Assembly: GCA_963711465.1 (NCBI GenBank)
Contig: CAVQEG010000001.1
Location: 367,724 to 431,723 of the forward strand
DNA from: Chlorobiota bacterium
GTDB lineage: Bacteria; Bacteroidota; Ignavibacteria; OLB7
Length of the DNA stretch: 64,000 nucleotides
Direction of reading: 5' to 3'
A program made the translations under genes and the position numbers. Numbering within the stretch: the first letter of the stretch is position 1; every line of letters starts with the position of its first letter. The notes beneath the pieces were generated by a model. The model was not told the origin of the DNA. It saw only the letters and a program-made list of their open reading frames with translations, and did not search any database. This document shows, piece by piece, positions 62,682-64,000 of the stretch.

Positions 62682-63545
62682 CTACTTCGAAGCGTCAGTA
62701 CCGCGCGCGGCCTCGACCAGCCGGCGGACGCGGAGACCGTCGACGGGACGTTCCAGGCGTCCGTCGTACTTCAGCCAGCTTCCGACGATCACGCCATCGC
62801 ATTCGTCGCGAAGCATGCGCACGACGTCGGGAGTGGCGCCGCTTCCGATGAGCACCGGAACCCGGACGGCGGAGCGTACGGCGCGGAGTTCGTCGATGTC
62901 GACGCCCTCGCCGGTGCGATTGCCGGTGACGATCAGGGCATCGGCGAGACCGCGCTCGACTGCATCCCGGGCGTGAACGTCGAACGGAAGCGCTGCGGGC
63001 TGGACAGCGTGCTTGACGTTGACGTCGGCGGCGATGCGCACCGAGGGTGCCAGACGATGGCGATATGCCAGCGTGCGGTTGGCGTCGCCTTCGATCCAGC
63101 CCTGGTCGGTCAACATGGCGCCGGTGTGGACGTTGACGCGAACGAAGGATGCGTCGCAGGCGGCGGAGATCGCCAGGGCACTGACGGGATCGTTGCGAAG
63201 CACGTTGATGCCGAGCGCCAGGTGGGTGGCGCGGCGGATCTCGGTGACGATGCGGGTCATCGCCGCAACGGTATGCGGACCGACCGAGCCCTTGCAGAAG
63301 GGAACGTCACCGAAGTTCTCGATCATGATCGCGTCGCATCCGCCGTCGGTGAGCGCCGCGGTGTCGGCCATGGCGGCGTCGAAGACCTCGTCGAACGAGC
63401 CGCGGTATCCCACCGACCCGGGCAGCGCCTTGAGGTGGACCATGCCGATGACGGGCCACGCGACGTCGTCCACGAGCGACGCTGCGGCGCGGCCGTCGAC
63501 GTCTTCGCGGGCCAGGGAATCAGGGATGTCGATGCGCGAATTCAT
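62682..63545 (-). CDS. BtpA/SgcQ-family TIM-barrel protein
   Basis: The segments VIGMVHLKALPGS, DAIMIENFGDVPF, LGINVLRND, FVRVNVHTGA and VLIGSGAT match the BtpA-family pattern as I remember it. Confidence 0.7.
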   Translation of the reverse strand: MNSRIDIPDSLAREDVDGRAAASLVDDVAWPVIGMVHLKALPGSVGYRGSFDEVFDAAMADTAALTDGGCDAIMIENFGDVPFCKGSVGPHTVAAMTRIVTEIRRATHLALGINVLRNDPVSALAISAACDASFVRVNVHTGAMLTDQGWIEGDANRTLAYRHRLAPSVRIAADVNVKHAVQPAALPFDVHARDAVERGLADALIVTGNRTGEGVDIDELRAVRSAVRVPVLIGSGATPDVVRMLRDECDGVIVGSWLKYDGRLERPVDGLRVRRLVEAARGTDASK

Positions 63546-63552
63546 GATCGAC

Positions 63553-63888
63553 TCAGAAGGGGAGGTTCATCCCGGGCAGTCCCGGCAGATCGGGCATGAG
63601 GCCTTCAGTGGCGGCCTTCATTTCGTTCTCGGCCATCTTCCTGGAGGATTCCAGGGCCTTGTTGACGGCTGTGAGCACCAGATCCTCGAGCGTCTCGCGG
63701 TCCTCGGGGTCGATCGCCTCGGCGGCGATCGTCACATCGGTGAGTGTGCCATTGCCGGTGACGGTCACCTTCACCGCACCGCCTCCGGTCTCTTCGGTGA
63801 CTGACATGGTGGAAATCTTCTGTTGCGCTTCGGCGACCTTCTGTTGCATCAACTGAAGCTGCTGCATTGCCTGCATCATCGGATTCAT
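63553..63888 (-). CDS. ybaB: YbaB/EbfC-family nucleoid-associated protein
   Basis: The start is trimmed to MNPMMQAMQQLQLMQQKVAEAQQKI. The YbaB signature is GGGAVKVTVTGNGTLTDVTIAAEAIDPEDRETLEDLVLTAVNKAL. The track ORF extends to 63957. Confidence 0.85.
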   Translation of the reverse strand: MNPMMQAMQQLQLMQQKVAEAQQKISTMSVTEETGGGAVKVTVTGNGTLTDVTIAAEAIDPEDRETLEDLVLTAVNKALESSRKMAENEMKAATEGLMPDLPGLPGMNLPF

Positions 63889-64000
63889 CGGCGGGGCACC
63901 CTGAGAGATGTTGGTTTGAATTCGCACCGGTTCGTCGGCCGGGCTGACATTGGTCATACGTCGCGGTCGCGACGCTACGTATACTGGATTTCGAAGCCGC

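Noticed and set aside
60857-63599. Two plus-strand ORFs, 60857..62476 (539 aa) and 62592..63599 (335 aa), lie antisense to the TonB-dependent receptor and the BtpA-family gene.
   Set aside because: Both have antisense-shadow composition, and conserved family patterns are found on the minus strand.
1-64000. I looked for CRISPR arrays, rRNA operons and IS elements or transposases.
   Set aside because: I saw no regularly spaced direct repeats, no rRNA-like conserved stretches and no DDE or serine/tyrosine recombinase-like ORFs anywhere in the window or ORF track.

Overview
This is a roughly 64-kb chromosomal segment from a high-G+C bacterium (G+C judged by eye). I infer an FCB-superphylum organism (Bacteroidota, Rhodothermota or Ignavibacteriota-like). 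The grounds are three proteins with type IX secretion C-terminal sorting domains, DUF4835 and DUF4292 family proteins, a Bacteroidota-style LptD-like barrel and a CarboxypepD_reg-type TonB-dependent receptor.

I call about 48 protein genes, one tRNA-Lys(CTT) and the SRP (4.5S) RNA. I saw no rRNA, CRISPR array, transposase, integrase or recognisable prophage. Many long ORFs in the track are Arg/Pro/Ser-rich antisense or off-frame shadows typical of GC-rich DNA, and I rejected them.

Gene content is mostly housekeeping:
- Envelope biogenesis: lptF/G fragment, ftsX, rseP, LptD-like, DUF4292, LolA-like and an L,D-transpeptidase.
- Core metabolism and translation: surE, dxr, an RNase E/G, prfA, yceD-rpmF, cutA and ybaB.
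- A split thiamine cluster: thiO-thiS-thiG, a methyltransferase, a thiE/tenI-like gene and thiD, with a second thiE 7 kb away.
- Two tandem S8 proteases, an M16 peptidase, a MATE pump and a fatty-acid desaturase.

The most unusual observations are these:
1. A putative stress island at 40.5-47.0 kb. MscS and a six-BON-domain protein are followed by two consecutive genes for extreme Arg/Gly/Asp/Tyr-rich, core-less (predicted disordered) proteins of 236 and 628 aa, then an Hsp20. A 420-nt leader with a nested-hairpin and repeat element precedes the first of these genes.
2. GAATTC is over-represented about 5-10 fold throughout the window.
3. A roughly 350-aa Arg-rich/acidic insertion splits the S1 domain of RNase E/G.
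4. A roughly 430-nt non-coding unit after tRNA-Lys is bracketed by two plus-strand intrinsic terminators, and I could not assign it.
5. An unannotatable two-gene operon encodes a helix-hairpin-helix protein and a putative outer-membrane barrel.
6. A block at about 29.2-33.6 kb has visibly lower G+C.

All family calls come from motif recognition by eye. No searches were run.
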